This document shows positions 1-8,264 of a stretch of DNA of 64,000 bases, piece after piece. Source of the DNA: a virus; IMG/VR virus record IMGVR_UViG_3300009605_000020, positions 14,405-78,404 of that record; one strand, given 5' to 3'. The position numbers and the translations under genes were made by a program. Below the pieces are notes generated by a model. It saw only the letters and a list, made by a program, of their open reading frames with translations. It made no database searches and was not told the origin of the DNA. The first letter of the stretch is position 1. Every line of letters starts with the position of its first letter.

Positions 1-835
1 GCTTTCCCGCGGTTCCAAAAATTTCAAGAGCGGTGCCATCCAGTTCAAATACCTGTTCGTGAACGCCGGCCAGGATGTCCCAAATTTGGAACGTTCCGTC
101 GCCACCGACGGCCCCGTCTGCGTTGTAGATTAATCGTGTCATGTTGCCGGTGGTGCTACTGCCCGTCCCGAGTTCGATGCGCCCATACCCAGTATCTTGG
201 GCGCCTATTTGAGCGACTCCAAAATCGAACCACGTCTGCTGATTTCCAAAGGTAATCCCAGAACCCGAAACCTTCATCATGATGCTGGTCATTTCAGCCG
301 TAGTAAGCGGGTTGTCGAGGCGGCCGCCGGAGGGCGACGAATCAGTTATCCGGAAGATGTCTCCGTCCCAGAAGTCGGGGACGGATGAAGAAATGTGAAG
401 CACGGCTTCTGGCAATGAAGTTCCGATGCCAACGAGACCAGAACCGGTAACAGACAAAATATTTCCCCCGTTGCCTTCCAGCAAGAACAAGTCCTCATGA
501 GTGCCCGAAACATGAAGTACGGCTTGTGGTGATTGTTCGCGGATTCCGACTGCATTATCAACGCCGCTTCCGTTAGTGCTTTTTACAATAAAATTATTCC
601 CATAACCATTTGTTGCAACTCTGAAGTTTGTATTTTCGGAAGCATTGCCAACAACCACTTCATCAGTGCTGTCTTCATCTAACGTTAATAATTTTTTATT
701 CCCAACATAAAAAGTAATTTCATCTTCAACCGAAAGATCAATATAAGTGTCGGCGTCATTTAATCTTCCTATCCTATCTGATACATAGAGTTCCCCACTA
801 AGGTTCAGGGTTCCACTCATAAAATTATATGCCAT
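1..835 (-). CDS. Tail/head fibre-like virion protein, truncated at the window edge (not in the ORF track)
   Basis: Translated by hand: ATG at 835 with AGGAGA upstream, open to position 1 (MAYNFMSGTLNLSGELYVSDRIGRLNDADTYIDL...). Two fibre repeats: VGIREQSPQAVLHVSG and VGIGTSLPEAVLHISS. Confidence 0.75.
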   Translation of the reverse strand, partial: MAYNFMSGTLNLSGELYVSDRIGRLNDADTYIDLSVEDEITFYVGNKKLLTLDEDSTDEVVVGNASENTNFRVATNGYGNNFIVKSTNGSGVDNAVGIREQSPQAVLHVSGTHEDLFLLEGNGGNILSVTGSGLVGIGTSLPEAVLHISSSVPDFWDGDIFRITDSSPSGGRLDNPLTTAEMTSIMMKVSGSGITFGNQQTWFDFGVAQIGAQDTGYGRIELGTGSSTTGNMTRLIYNADGAVGGDGTFQIWDILAGVHEQVFELDGTALEIFGTAGK

Positions 836-844
836 CAATTTCTC

Positions 845-2647
845 CTAGAATATATGCCAATTGGAAGCTGGATTGCCAGCCGTCTCTTGAAGGTTCAATA
901 AGGTAACTGCCTGGCTGGGGGCGCCCAGAACGATCTCGTTGGCACCGTCAAATTGATTAAGTCCCGAAGAGCTGATTAATATATCAAAAGCCATGTTGTG
1001 GTGGCGCTTAATGTTGATAAGTACGCCCGGGGCCCCAGGACCTATGGTGGCCGTCAAAGGAGTAGAACCGCTAAATACCGCGTAAGTCCGCGGTGGATTT
1101 GACATGTTAATGCTGGCTGTAACTACGATATGAATAGGGGGAGAATCGTCGCTACCACTAAAGCGCTGCTGGGCGCCCACTACCAAATCACCAAAAACCC
1201 CCGCATCATTCTCAAATTCAGTCCAGTTCGCAGCGAATATAGTAGGCAGGCTGGAGCTAAATATTAGGATACCGTTCTCATTTTCCATCTGGGTCAGGTC
1301 AAAGCCCGGAGAGCCGGGCCCAAATGTACCGGTAGGCAGCCCCACCGTCCTTATAAAGGAACTCGATCCCAGCTGTAGAACACCCTTCAATGAGCCGGTT
1401 ATGAAGCCTCCGAACATTGGTATGTCTGTACCAGTGCCGGAAATCTGCATATATCCAGCGCTTCCAGTCCCCGTTGATATCCCGGCTACAACGCTAAGGG
1501 CTCCGGAAACATAAACATCCGAAGAAGCAGTCAGAGCACCGGCGGCGCCGTCGAGCACCATGATCTCTTTCTCGTTAGAATCCTTGAATATCCACGCATT
1601 AGAAGTAACGGTGTTCATGAATCCTGCGGTGTTGCCGACGGCGTCACTGAACCTAATACGATCACCGCCGCATTCGATATTTAAATCACCGTCAGAATGC
1701 ACCCAAAGACTGTTGCCGTCCCAGTCCGCGGTGATATATCGATTCCAGGGACCACTGGGGTTGACCCACTCTATCTGGGTTGAGCCCGACATACGAATAT
1801 TGCCGGTTACATCAACTTGGGAGGCGGAGATAGAGAGAGGAGAGCAAGCTACAATGTTGCTTACTCTAAGGGTGCCGCTAGGGCAAAGATCGAGAGTACC
1901 GGAGATGGATATACCACCGCTCACCTGTATTCCGCAGCTAGCGGTTAAACTGCCTGAGACATATATGACATCTGTACAAGCGGTACCAAGTGTAACCTGT
2001 CGATAAGCTGGCGGCGGTGAGTTATCAACTAATACTCCCGGCCAAAGATTGCCGACGAGGGCAATTGAATTTGCACCGTCGGGGCCGAAGTGAAGCCGCG
2101 TATTTGTCGCGGCCCGATTCATTATATAACCGCCCCCGGTAGAGGTACCTACTATAGCATGGCCAGCGACCTCCAGCGTTGCCTGAGGGTCGTCGGTACC
2201 AATGCCGAGCCTTCCAGGGCCCATAAAGGACGGGGCCTCCGATGCCGATACATATAAAAGCGTACCGCCGGCGCCGCCGCCATCCTTCGCATCGATGCGG
2301 AAAATTGCGCCGTCAAATAGAGTTCCGGTAAGAGCTATGGAGCCCGTAAATTGATGAGAATCGTCAGGCGAGTCCCCGAACTTCGAATCGCCGCTAGAAG
2401 ACAGATGAGTAATCGAATGATTTATAACATCATAGTTAATAGCCGTAATGGTTCCGGAAACATCTAAGTTGCCACCCAGGAACAGACGAGTATGGGGCTC
2501 GCTAATGGTGCTGCCCGTGTGGAATACGAAATTGCAGCTGCCTGTCTGGCCGCCGTCTTCAATTTTAAATTGTACTGAACCCGTGCAGCCTCCTGCACAC
2601 TTCCAGAGACCACAGATATCACACCCTACAAACGCCCAACCACTCAT
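845..2647 (-). CDS. Tail fibre-like virion protein (600 aa)
   Basis: G/S/T-rich beta-strand protein; AGGCTGSVQF N-terminal motif, SGDSKFGDSPDDSHQFTGS, and LGIGTDDPQATLEVAG fibre repeat. Confidence 0.7.
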   Translation of the reverse strand: MSGWAFVGCDICGLWKCAGGCTGSVQFKIEDGGQTGSCNFVFHTGSTISEPHTRLFLGGNLDVSGTITAINYDVINHSITHLSSSGDSKFGDSPDDSHQFTGSIALTGTLFDGAIFRIDAKDGGGAGGTLLYVSASEAPSFMGPGRLGIGTDDPQATLEVAGHAIVGTSTGGGYIMNRAATNTRLHFGPDGANSIALVGNLWPGVLVDNSPPPAYRQVTLGTACTDVIYVSGSLTASCGIQVSGGISISGTLDLCPSGTLRVSNIVACSPLSISASQVDVTGNIRMSGSTQIEWVNPSGPWNRYITADWDGNSLWVHSDGDLNIECGGDRIRFSDAVGNTAGFMNTVTSNAWIFKDSNEKEIMVLDGAAGALTASSDVYVSGALSVVAGISTGTGSAGYMQISGTGTDIPMFGGFITGSLKGVLQLGSSSFIRTVGLPTGTFGPGSPGFDLTQMENENGILIFSSSLPTIFAANWTEFENDAGVFGDLVVGAQQRFSGSDDSPPIHIVVTASINMSNPPRTYAVFSGSTPLTATIGPGAPGVLINIKRHHNMAFDILISSSGLNQFDGANEIVLGAPSQAVTLLNLQETAGNPASNWHIF

Positions 2648-2708
2648 AATTTAATATTTCACTCCCGTTGGTAACTTACTTCTCGCGACACAAAACCACA
2701 CTTTAAAT

Positions 2709-2716
2709 TAAATAGT
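2709..2716 (-). promoter_or_regulatory. Putative late promoter ACTATTTA
   Basis: ACTAWWTA motif in the intergenic gap upstream of the gene starting at 2647. Confidence 0.5.
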
Positions 2717-2767
2717 TGCGAACTATAGTATTGGTAGTGCTGATAGATTAAATCTTCGAATGGGTTC

Positions 2768-3676
2768 TTAATCGTGTCGTGGCCTTCTCAAAACACGCAA
2801 TTTACTAAAAATTGTAGTAAAATTCATTGTTGAGGGAGGGGCTCCAGTATAAACGCGACTACTCAACGCCACGCGTACATTGGCGGGACGTAGATCATAA
2901 GAGGGCGCTGCTGTCGATGTTCCCCCTGGCATGTTAGATATTTGATAGCTGTAGGTCTCTTGCCGATGTGACGATACATGAAATTCCGTTGTGGTTAAGG
3001 GAGGCGGGAATGTCGTGATTTCTCCCGTGGCCGCAGAACAAATCGACGTGCATGCGGGAAAAAAAACTTGTTCGTAGAATGAAGGAAAACGCTTTCCGGA
3101 TGTCTCAACACTAGTAATGGGACATCCGATGCCGCCCGGACATCCAGTCAAGCCACCGTTCCGACAGTATGCAACCGTATGGTCAGCATCCCCATTGGCA
3201 TACATTCCCACCCCTATCCAGTTGCTCGTGGTGGTCGGACCGCCGAAGGTGCCGTATCCATCGTCCTTTAAAATTAGAAAGTTCCCCTGATATGCTCCAT
3301 CCGCAGGTGTATAACTACCACCGGTGGACCCAGTTAATAATACTTGAAAGCAGAGGGTATCAGACGCATCATAGTCAGGGAGAATGTCGGTAACGGTGGT
3401 TTCTAAAAGCGGACAATTCATATACCCCACATACCAATTGGCGTAGGCGCCCGCATCTGCCCCATTAACAAGTATTTTTAGTCCCACACCGTTAATAAAT
3501 TCGATGCTTGTTCCGTGGGTTGCTAAATTTCGGCATAACCAATCAGTATCCTCCCACGAATAAGCAACCCCATCAGAGAAAGTGTGGGTACCGATATGAG
3601 ATGCGAAATCAAATTCTTTGACAACTTCCCAAGGTTGCGGAATTAAGGCGCCCGAAAGTCCTTTAACTGTAGCCAT
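2768..3676 (-). CDS. Putative receptor-binding beta-sandwich protein, paralog of 3663..4709
   Basis: Shares WEV(V/I)KEFDF, HTFxDGVA, DWxCRNL, DTLC(F/Y)Q and KLR(V/I)LRR with its neighbour; lies in the fibre region. Confidence 0.55.
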   Translation of the reverse strand: MATVKGLSGALIPQPWEVVKEFDFASHIGTHTFSDGVAYSWEDTDWLCRNLATHGTSIEFINGVGLKILVNGADAGAYANWYVGYMNCPLLETTVTDILPDYDASDTLCFQVLLTGSTGGSYTPADGAYQGNFLILKDDGYGTFGGPTTTSNWIGVGMYANGDADHTVAYCRNGGLTGCPGGIGCPITSVETSGKRFPSFYEQVFFPACTSICSAATGEITTFPPPLTTTEFHVSSHRQETYSYQISNMPGGTSTAAPSYDLRPANVRVALSSRVYTGAPPSTMNFTTIFSKLRVLRRPRHD

Positions 3677-4709
3677 TCTGCGTTCTCCTAAGAATACGTA
3701 GTTTAGTATAGGTGGTCGTAATACCTGCTGAAATATAGAAAGAAGTTCCGGGACCGACGGGGATTTCGGGGCCGGCCCACAATGTGATACCTGTGGTCAT
3801 ATTTATATATGAATTCGAAGGCTTAAGCGCCCACGCCGGCGTAGCTCCGGGGTTGTCCGTAATATCATTCTGTATTTGCCATGATATGGTCGCTGAGGAA
3901 CGTAACGATTCCATACTAATGGGCCGTGGAAAATTTATAATGTTTTGGCCGGCCGAATTCGTATGGGCTACCGACGTCACAAACCCCGCACCAGGAACAG
4001 CAACAATTTCCATACATCTGGGCCACTTTGTGTCTGACCCTCCTGCCCTAATACTGTCAGTCTCAAGGCCTGGTGTGGGAAACGGGACGGGAAGGCCGCC
4101 GCCCATACGCACGTGCCAACTGGCACTATGTGGGGTTATCGATGAACTCAAATACGCGCTTATTCCGCCCCAAATACCAGATTGGCCCGAACCATAGTCT
4201 CCATCAGATAATATAAATCGCGCAGATGGATTGTTGCCATCTTGAGTTGTTCCATTATATACATCCCCCGGTGATGGGGCTCCGGTCACGGTGCGGCCAA
4301 TATTATTAAAAGAACTTGCGAGAAGTATTTGGTAACAAAGAGTATCCTCATCAGAGAACGAAACACCAGCTGCTGTGGCGATGTCGGACACACTGCCTTG
4401 CACAAGAGTGTCGGTCATGAGGCTAGAAATAAAGTTACTGTCGGCGCCGGTCGAGCCTGTAATAAAAATCTGGAGGCCGGTGCCCTCAATAAACTTCACA
4501 TACGAATCGACGCCACCATAGGTGTTAAGATTTCTGCACGTCCAGTCAACCCCTTCAAAGGGTCGAGCAACTCCATCGACAAAAGTATGATCGGGCGCCT
4601 TTGTGAAATCAAACTCTTTAATAACTTCCCAATCGCTAGTAACTTCAACCCCGGAAAGAGTTTTTATGTCATAGATATCTACACCTGATATTTTAAATCC
4701 CGTTGCCAT
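3663..4709 (-). CDS. Putative receptor-binding beta-sandwich protein, paralog of 2768..3676
   Basis: Same shared motifs; N-terminal KISGV...KTLSGV repeat; GAGGA SD upstream. Confidence 0.55.
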   Translation of the reverse strand: MATGFKISGVDIYDIKTLSGVEVTSDWEVIKEFDFTKAPDHTFVDGVARPFEGVDWTCRNLNTYGGVDSYVKFIEGTGLQIFITGSTGADSNFISSLMTDTLVQGSVSDIATAAGVSFSDEDTLCYQILLASSFNNIGRTVTGAPSPGDVYNGTTQDGNNPSARFILSDGDYGSGQSGIWGGISAYLSSSITPHSASWHVRMGGGLPVPFPTPGLETDSIRAGGSDTKWPRCMEIVAVPGAGFVTSVAHTNSAGQNIINFPRPISMESLRSSATISWQIQNDITDNPGATPAWALKPSNSYINMTTGITLWAGPEIPVGPGTSFYISAGITTTYTKLRILRRTQNGYS

Positions 4710-4724
4710 TAAAGTTCCTCACTA

Positions 4725-4732
4725 TATTTAGT
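4725..4732 (-). promoter_or_regulatory. Putative late promoter ACTAAATA
   Basis: ACTAWWTA motif just upstream of the SD of the gene starting at 4709. Confidence 0.5.
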
Positions 4733-4752
4733 TCGCTGACTGGTCTCCGTCG

Positions 4753-4842
4753 TTATATATCTATTCCAACCTCAGCGACCGAAACTTGGTGAACACGTAA
4801 GGCAACCCCTGGTACTACCCCCTGCACGCTGGATGCTGGCAT
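4753..4842 (-). CDS. Candidate 29-aa micro-ORF (MPASSVQGVVPGVALRVHQVSVAEVGIDI)
   Basis: ATG 1 nt after the upstream TGA; fills most of the gap; loosely resembles the N-terminal xISGV repeat of the next gene. Confidence 0.4.
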   Translation of the reverse strand: MPASSVQGVVPGVALRVHQVSVAEVGIDI

Positions 4843-4843
4843 A

Positions 4844-6616
4844 TCATGCTAGCTCGATATATGTGGCATCCGGGTTGAAGTATATAAGACTGCCTGACGT
4901 GGCGCCATAGCCCACAACTCTCACATATTCGTTGGAAGTTGTAGGAGCTGCACCGCTAACGGTGCCCAATTCTGTTCCGACATACACAGGGCCCCCATTT
5001 ATATAGGCGCCCGAGTAAGCTGTGAGGGCATTGTAGAATCCTCGAATAAGCATCCCGTCTTGTTGAGCAGAACTTGAGCCCATGGCCATGGCCAACAGTT
5101 GGTTGTGGCCGCTTCCGGTGACAGAAGCATCCGCTTGGGCCCAGCCTCCATCGCTCTTAAGATAATAAAGTTTCCCAATGTCTGTTGAGCCCGTTCCGAA
5201 GAATACCACCTCACCGCCACCATGGTTCATTCCCCCTAGCCGGAAGGTGGGGTCCAGTATGCCAGTCATATTAACGTTTAGGGCCGTATACATACCGTCT
5301 TCTGACTTCGGGGGGCCTATCATGACCCCAAAGTTGCTAGCGAAGAAGTGGTGCTCGGCTTCCTCATCGCCCGCCGGCATTATAAAAATACCTGACGGAG
5401 TCTCGTTCTCTGGGTTGGCGCTAGCCTGGATCATGATGGTGCCAGTTGCGTGGCCTTCCCCGAATTCGCTGAAGTCTGGTGCTATCAGCACACCGCCGTT
5501 GTTGGTCATGAACGATCCGCTCGTCGCCAACCTAATGCCTGTAGAGGATATGATAGTCGAGGGTCCCATGTCTCCGTGCACAACGATGAAACTTCCAGAG
5601 TTGGCGTTAATGCCGGCGTTGGCCGAGAGGTCCAGGTTGCACCCTCCAGACAGCTGAATCCCAGTAGAATTTGCTAGGATGGAGGGGCCATTGCCGGGGC
5701 CCATCATCATAAATTTATTGTGGGATCCCGATTGTATAAGGAGAGTACCTGACTGATATATAGTTCCGGGAGGATTGCCCGGGCCGTTGGGATCTCCAAT
5801 ATGACCCATTTGAATTGCTCCGTTGACAGTTCCAAAAACGTGAGCAGCAATCTGCGGATGGACAATGCCAGATCCCGTGGGGGTAGTTGTGTTGGAGCCG
5901 CTATATGTGAGGGCGCCCGCAGTTATCATTAGATTGGGGCTGCCCCCGGGGCCACCCGGCATAATCAGGTAGCCATGGGGACCAGACGCGGACGCAATGG
6001 TAATCATATGCGACGCATAAAATGGGACAGGAGCACCGAAGGCGCCTGCATCGAAGCTGGGAGCTATAGTAATCCCCGCACCGCCGCCGTCGTAGTGGGG
6101 GGTAGCTAACTGGGGACCAAATGTTCCTTGGGCCGGATCGTAATTAATGTCGGTGCTGTTGAATGTTAGGCCACCGGCAGCCATGTGAACCTTGGGTGGT
6201 CCGGGGGGACCATTAAAGTCCATGATCCACAGACCGTGCCCCTGCGAAGACGAGGCGATAGAGATGGCGCCCGACATATAGCCCGGGCCTCCGCCGCCGA
6301 AGGTAGGTGCCAATTGGATTGCATTGTTCGGTGTTGCGAATAGCTGCGCCGATGCGGTAACCATGCTCACCCTGGTACCGTTAAAAGTAAAATTCGAGCT
6401 GGCATCGAGTAGCATGCCCGTATTAAATTGAACCTCTGTCGGATTACCAGCAGCGCCTGTTCCGCCGCCGCCGGCACCAGTAATCTGTACGCCGTTAAGG
6501 AACAGACTTCCCGTAATAGAAAGAGTGCCGGTTACTTCATGAGTAGAGTCTAACGGGCCCGTGTTTTGGGTGTCGCCCGACGTAACATTTCTAGAGGGAG
6601 TAAATTTGGTGGCCAT
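4844..6616 (-). CDS. Fibre/appendage protein with internal repeats and a C-terminal decoration-type domain (590 aa)
   Basis: GAAGNPTEVQFN and DASSNFTF fibre motifs; about 4 imperfect G/M/P-rich repeats; C-terminal YYL...WAQADA...GGPVYVG...YVRVVGY...IYFNPD domain typical of phage fibre tips or decoration proteins. Confidence 0.65.
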   Translation of the reverse strand: MATKFTPSRNVTSGDTQNTGPLDSTHEVTGTLSITGSLFLNGVQITGAGGGGTGAAGNPTEVQFNTGMLLDASSNFTFNGTRVSMVTASAQLFATPNNAIQLAPTFGGGGPGYMSGAISIASSSQGHGLWIMDFNGPPGPPKVHMAAGGLTFNSTDINYDPAQGTFGPQLATPHYDGGGAGITIAPSFDAGAFGAPVPFYASHMITIASASGPHGYLIMPGGPGGSPNLMITAGALTYSGSNTTTPTGSGIVHPQIAAHVFGTVNGAIQMGHIGDPNGPGNPPGTIYQSGTLLIQSGSHNKFMMMGPGNGPSILANSTGIQLSGGCNLDLSANAGINANSGSFIVVHGDMGPSTIISSTGIRLATSGSFMTNNGGVLIAPDFSEFGEGHATGTIMIQASANPENETPSGIFIMPAGDEEAEHHFFASNFGVMIGPPKSEDGMYTALNVNMTGILDPTFRLGGMNHGGGEVVFFGTGSTDIGKLYYLKSDGGWAQADASVTGSGHNQLLAMAMGSSSAQQDGMLIRGFYNALTAYSGAYINGGPVYVGTELGTVSGAAPTTSNEYVRVVGYGATSGSLIYFNPDATYIELA

Positions 6617-6628
6617 CTGGGCGTCTCC

Positions 6629-7036
6629 TTAGTCGGTTAAGCCCGAACCGGTTAAATGGAACATCTGGTCGGAGGGGATATTAGTTAGCTCTCCTATAGC
6701 CGTATATGAAGTACTGCCGGAGTTAGTAAGTGGTGCAGAAATAAATATTTCTCGACACTTGACTCCAAATGATACACTATCATTGTTGCTGTTAAGCGCT
6801 ACAAAATGTAACCCACCAATAACATTTCCGGAACCAGTAGCATTGAAGTGAACTAAAACATCATCGTTGCTGGCATCGGTATTAATAACTGTTACCGATC
6901 TGACTGTTCTAGGGAATACAATGCGATCTTCAGATCCTGGCGTTAGCGCGGTGGAGCCCGTTATCCATGGAATTCCTGATACCTGATATGAGCCTACATT
7001 AAATAGTCCCGGCTTCATGTGGTTATACGTGGTCAT
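6629..7036 (-). CDS. Small virion-associated hypothetical protein (135 aa)
   Basis: PGLFNVGSYQVSGIPWITGS N-terminus; beta-rich; has its own SD and late-promoter motif. Confidence 0.6.
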   Translation of the reverse strand: MTTYNHMKPGLFNVGSYQVSGIPWITGSTALTPGSEDRIVFPRTVRSVTVINTDASNDDVLVHFNATGSGNVIGGLHFVALNSNNDSVSFGVKCREIFISAPLTNSGSTSYTAIGELTNIPSDQMFHLTGSGLTD

Positions 7037-7063
7037 TCTTTCTTCTCCAAATCCAAACTGTTG

Positions 7064-7071
7064 TAATTAGT
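7064..7071 (-). promoter_or_regulatory. Putative late promoter ACTAATTA
   Basis: ACTAWWTA motif between bS21 and the gene starting at 7036. Confidence 0.55.
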
Positions 7072-7083
7072 CATCAATAATCA

Positions 7084-7299
7084 CTATTTCCTTTTATTAA
7101 GCTTTCTTTCTAAGCGTTCTTTTTCACGGCGCGCTCTTTTTTGTTTTAACTTCTTCTTGGCTGATGGTTTTATGTGATAAGAGCAGCGTTGTCGATAAGT
7201 TTCAAGCACTCTATCTTTTTTTACTTTCTTAATAAATCTTCTAATCAACCTCTCGGGACTCTCGCGAGGTCTTTGTATTACAGATACGTTTACAGCCAT
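7084..7299 (-). CDS. rpsU: Phage-encoded 30S ribosomal protein bS21
   Basis: 71 aa, very basic; ESPERLIRRFIKKVKK...YHIKPSAKKK matches the bS21 pattern E-x-x-E-x-x-[LI]-R-R-F...Y-x-K-P-S. Confidence 0.9.
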   Translation of the reverse strand: MAVNVSVIQRPRESPERLIRRFIKKVKKDRVLETYRQRCSYHIKPSAKKKLKQKRARREKERLERKLNKRK

Positions 7300-7309
7300 C
7301 GAGTTTTCC

Positions 7310-7771
7310 TTATTTTGTCGAACTCATATGAGCTTGCCAACTTCTTCCAACGCTCCCAAATAAATTAGAAATGTCTACTCCAGAATCCTCCGGATCTACA
7401 TTCGCTAGAGGACCTTGTGGTGCCGGGGCTGCTCCTGGTGCTGGGCCAGCTGATTTTAGAGCAGTGGTACCTTCGAATAGATCTATACCATTATAGGCAT
7501 CTTTGCCAATAGAATCTAAAAGCTTTTGTTTATGATCGTTTAGCTTTTGTTTTTGTTCTTGCAACGATTTTTGTCGTATCTCTGTAAACTTTTCTTCGTT
7601 TGGAGCTGCTGTTGGTTTTTCTCTATGTCGAGCTTCAACAAGCTGAAGGCCACCGATTCCGGTAGCCACCTCTGATACAATTCCTGAAAGAACACCATCT
7701 TCAAACATCACCTCCTTTATGCATTCTTTTATTATCGGCTTTAGCAGCTTTTTTAGGTCTGATTTTTTCAT
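7310..7771 (-). CDS. Hypothetical head-module protein (153 aa)
   Basis: Amphipathic N-terminus MKKSDLKKLLKPIIKECIKEV, central coiled coil, Pro/Ala linker. Confidence 0.6.
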   Translation of the reverse strand: MKKSDLKKLLKPIIKECIKEVMFEDGVLSGIVSEVATGIGGLQLVEARHREKPTAAPNEEKFTEIRQKSLQEQKQKLNDHKQKLLDSIGKDAYNGIDLFEGTTALKSAGPAPGAAPAPQGPLANVDPEDSGVDISNLFGSVGRSWQAHMSSTK

Positions 7772-8263
7772 TTATTCCTCAGCTGCTGCTGCGGTTACTG
7801 CCTTGTCCAAAGCTATATTGAGATACCTCAATGCTCCCTTAATGTTTGGCTCAGCCGTTAAACCAAAGGCTCCCAAATCTTTCTCTAATTCTTTAATATC
7901 GGCACCCAATATGGTTGCTATTTTTTGAGCTTTTTGTCTTGTAACGGTTCCCTTTTTCATAGTAGCCTGCTCGGCTTCTCCGGCCGTTTCGGTTTCACCA
8001 GCGGCCGCTTGAAGTTCGCCGGCGGCTTGTGCAGCCGTAGCAGAACCCAGTTTGCCAGCCATGCCGGCAACTCCTCCTGCAGCGCGCTGGGCGCCGGCCT
8101 TCATTTTGGCGGCCAATGCTGCCTTTTTTCGCTGCAGCGAACCACCTAGACCCGTCTTCAGGCTTTTTAGTCCAGCTTTCGCCTGTGTAAAGAGCCCCTC
8201 TTCGACCGCAGCTTCGATTTCTTCGCTGATGATCTGGTGTAATTCTTCTTGAGTTATTTTCAT
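7772..8263 (-). CDS. Putative internal head protein (163 aa)
   Basis: MKITQEELHQIISEEIEAAVEEG leader followed by a Lys/Ala-rich helical body; located in the prohead protease cluster. Confidence 0.5.
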   Translation of the reverse strand: MKITQEELHQIISEEIEAAVEEGLFTQAKAGLKSLKTGLGGSLQRKKAALAAKMKAGAQRAAGGVAGMAGKLGSATAAQAAGELQAAAGETETAGEAEQATMKKGTVTRQKAQKIATILGADIKELEKDLGAFGLTAEPNIKGALRYLNIALDKAVTAAAAEE

Positions 8264-8264
8264 T

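Noticed and set aside
2648-2767. tRNA, ncRNA or terminator in one of the largest intergenic gaps
   Set aside because: No cloverleaf and no GC hairpin with a U tract; only the promoter-like motif.
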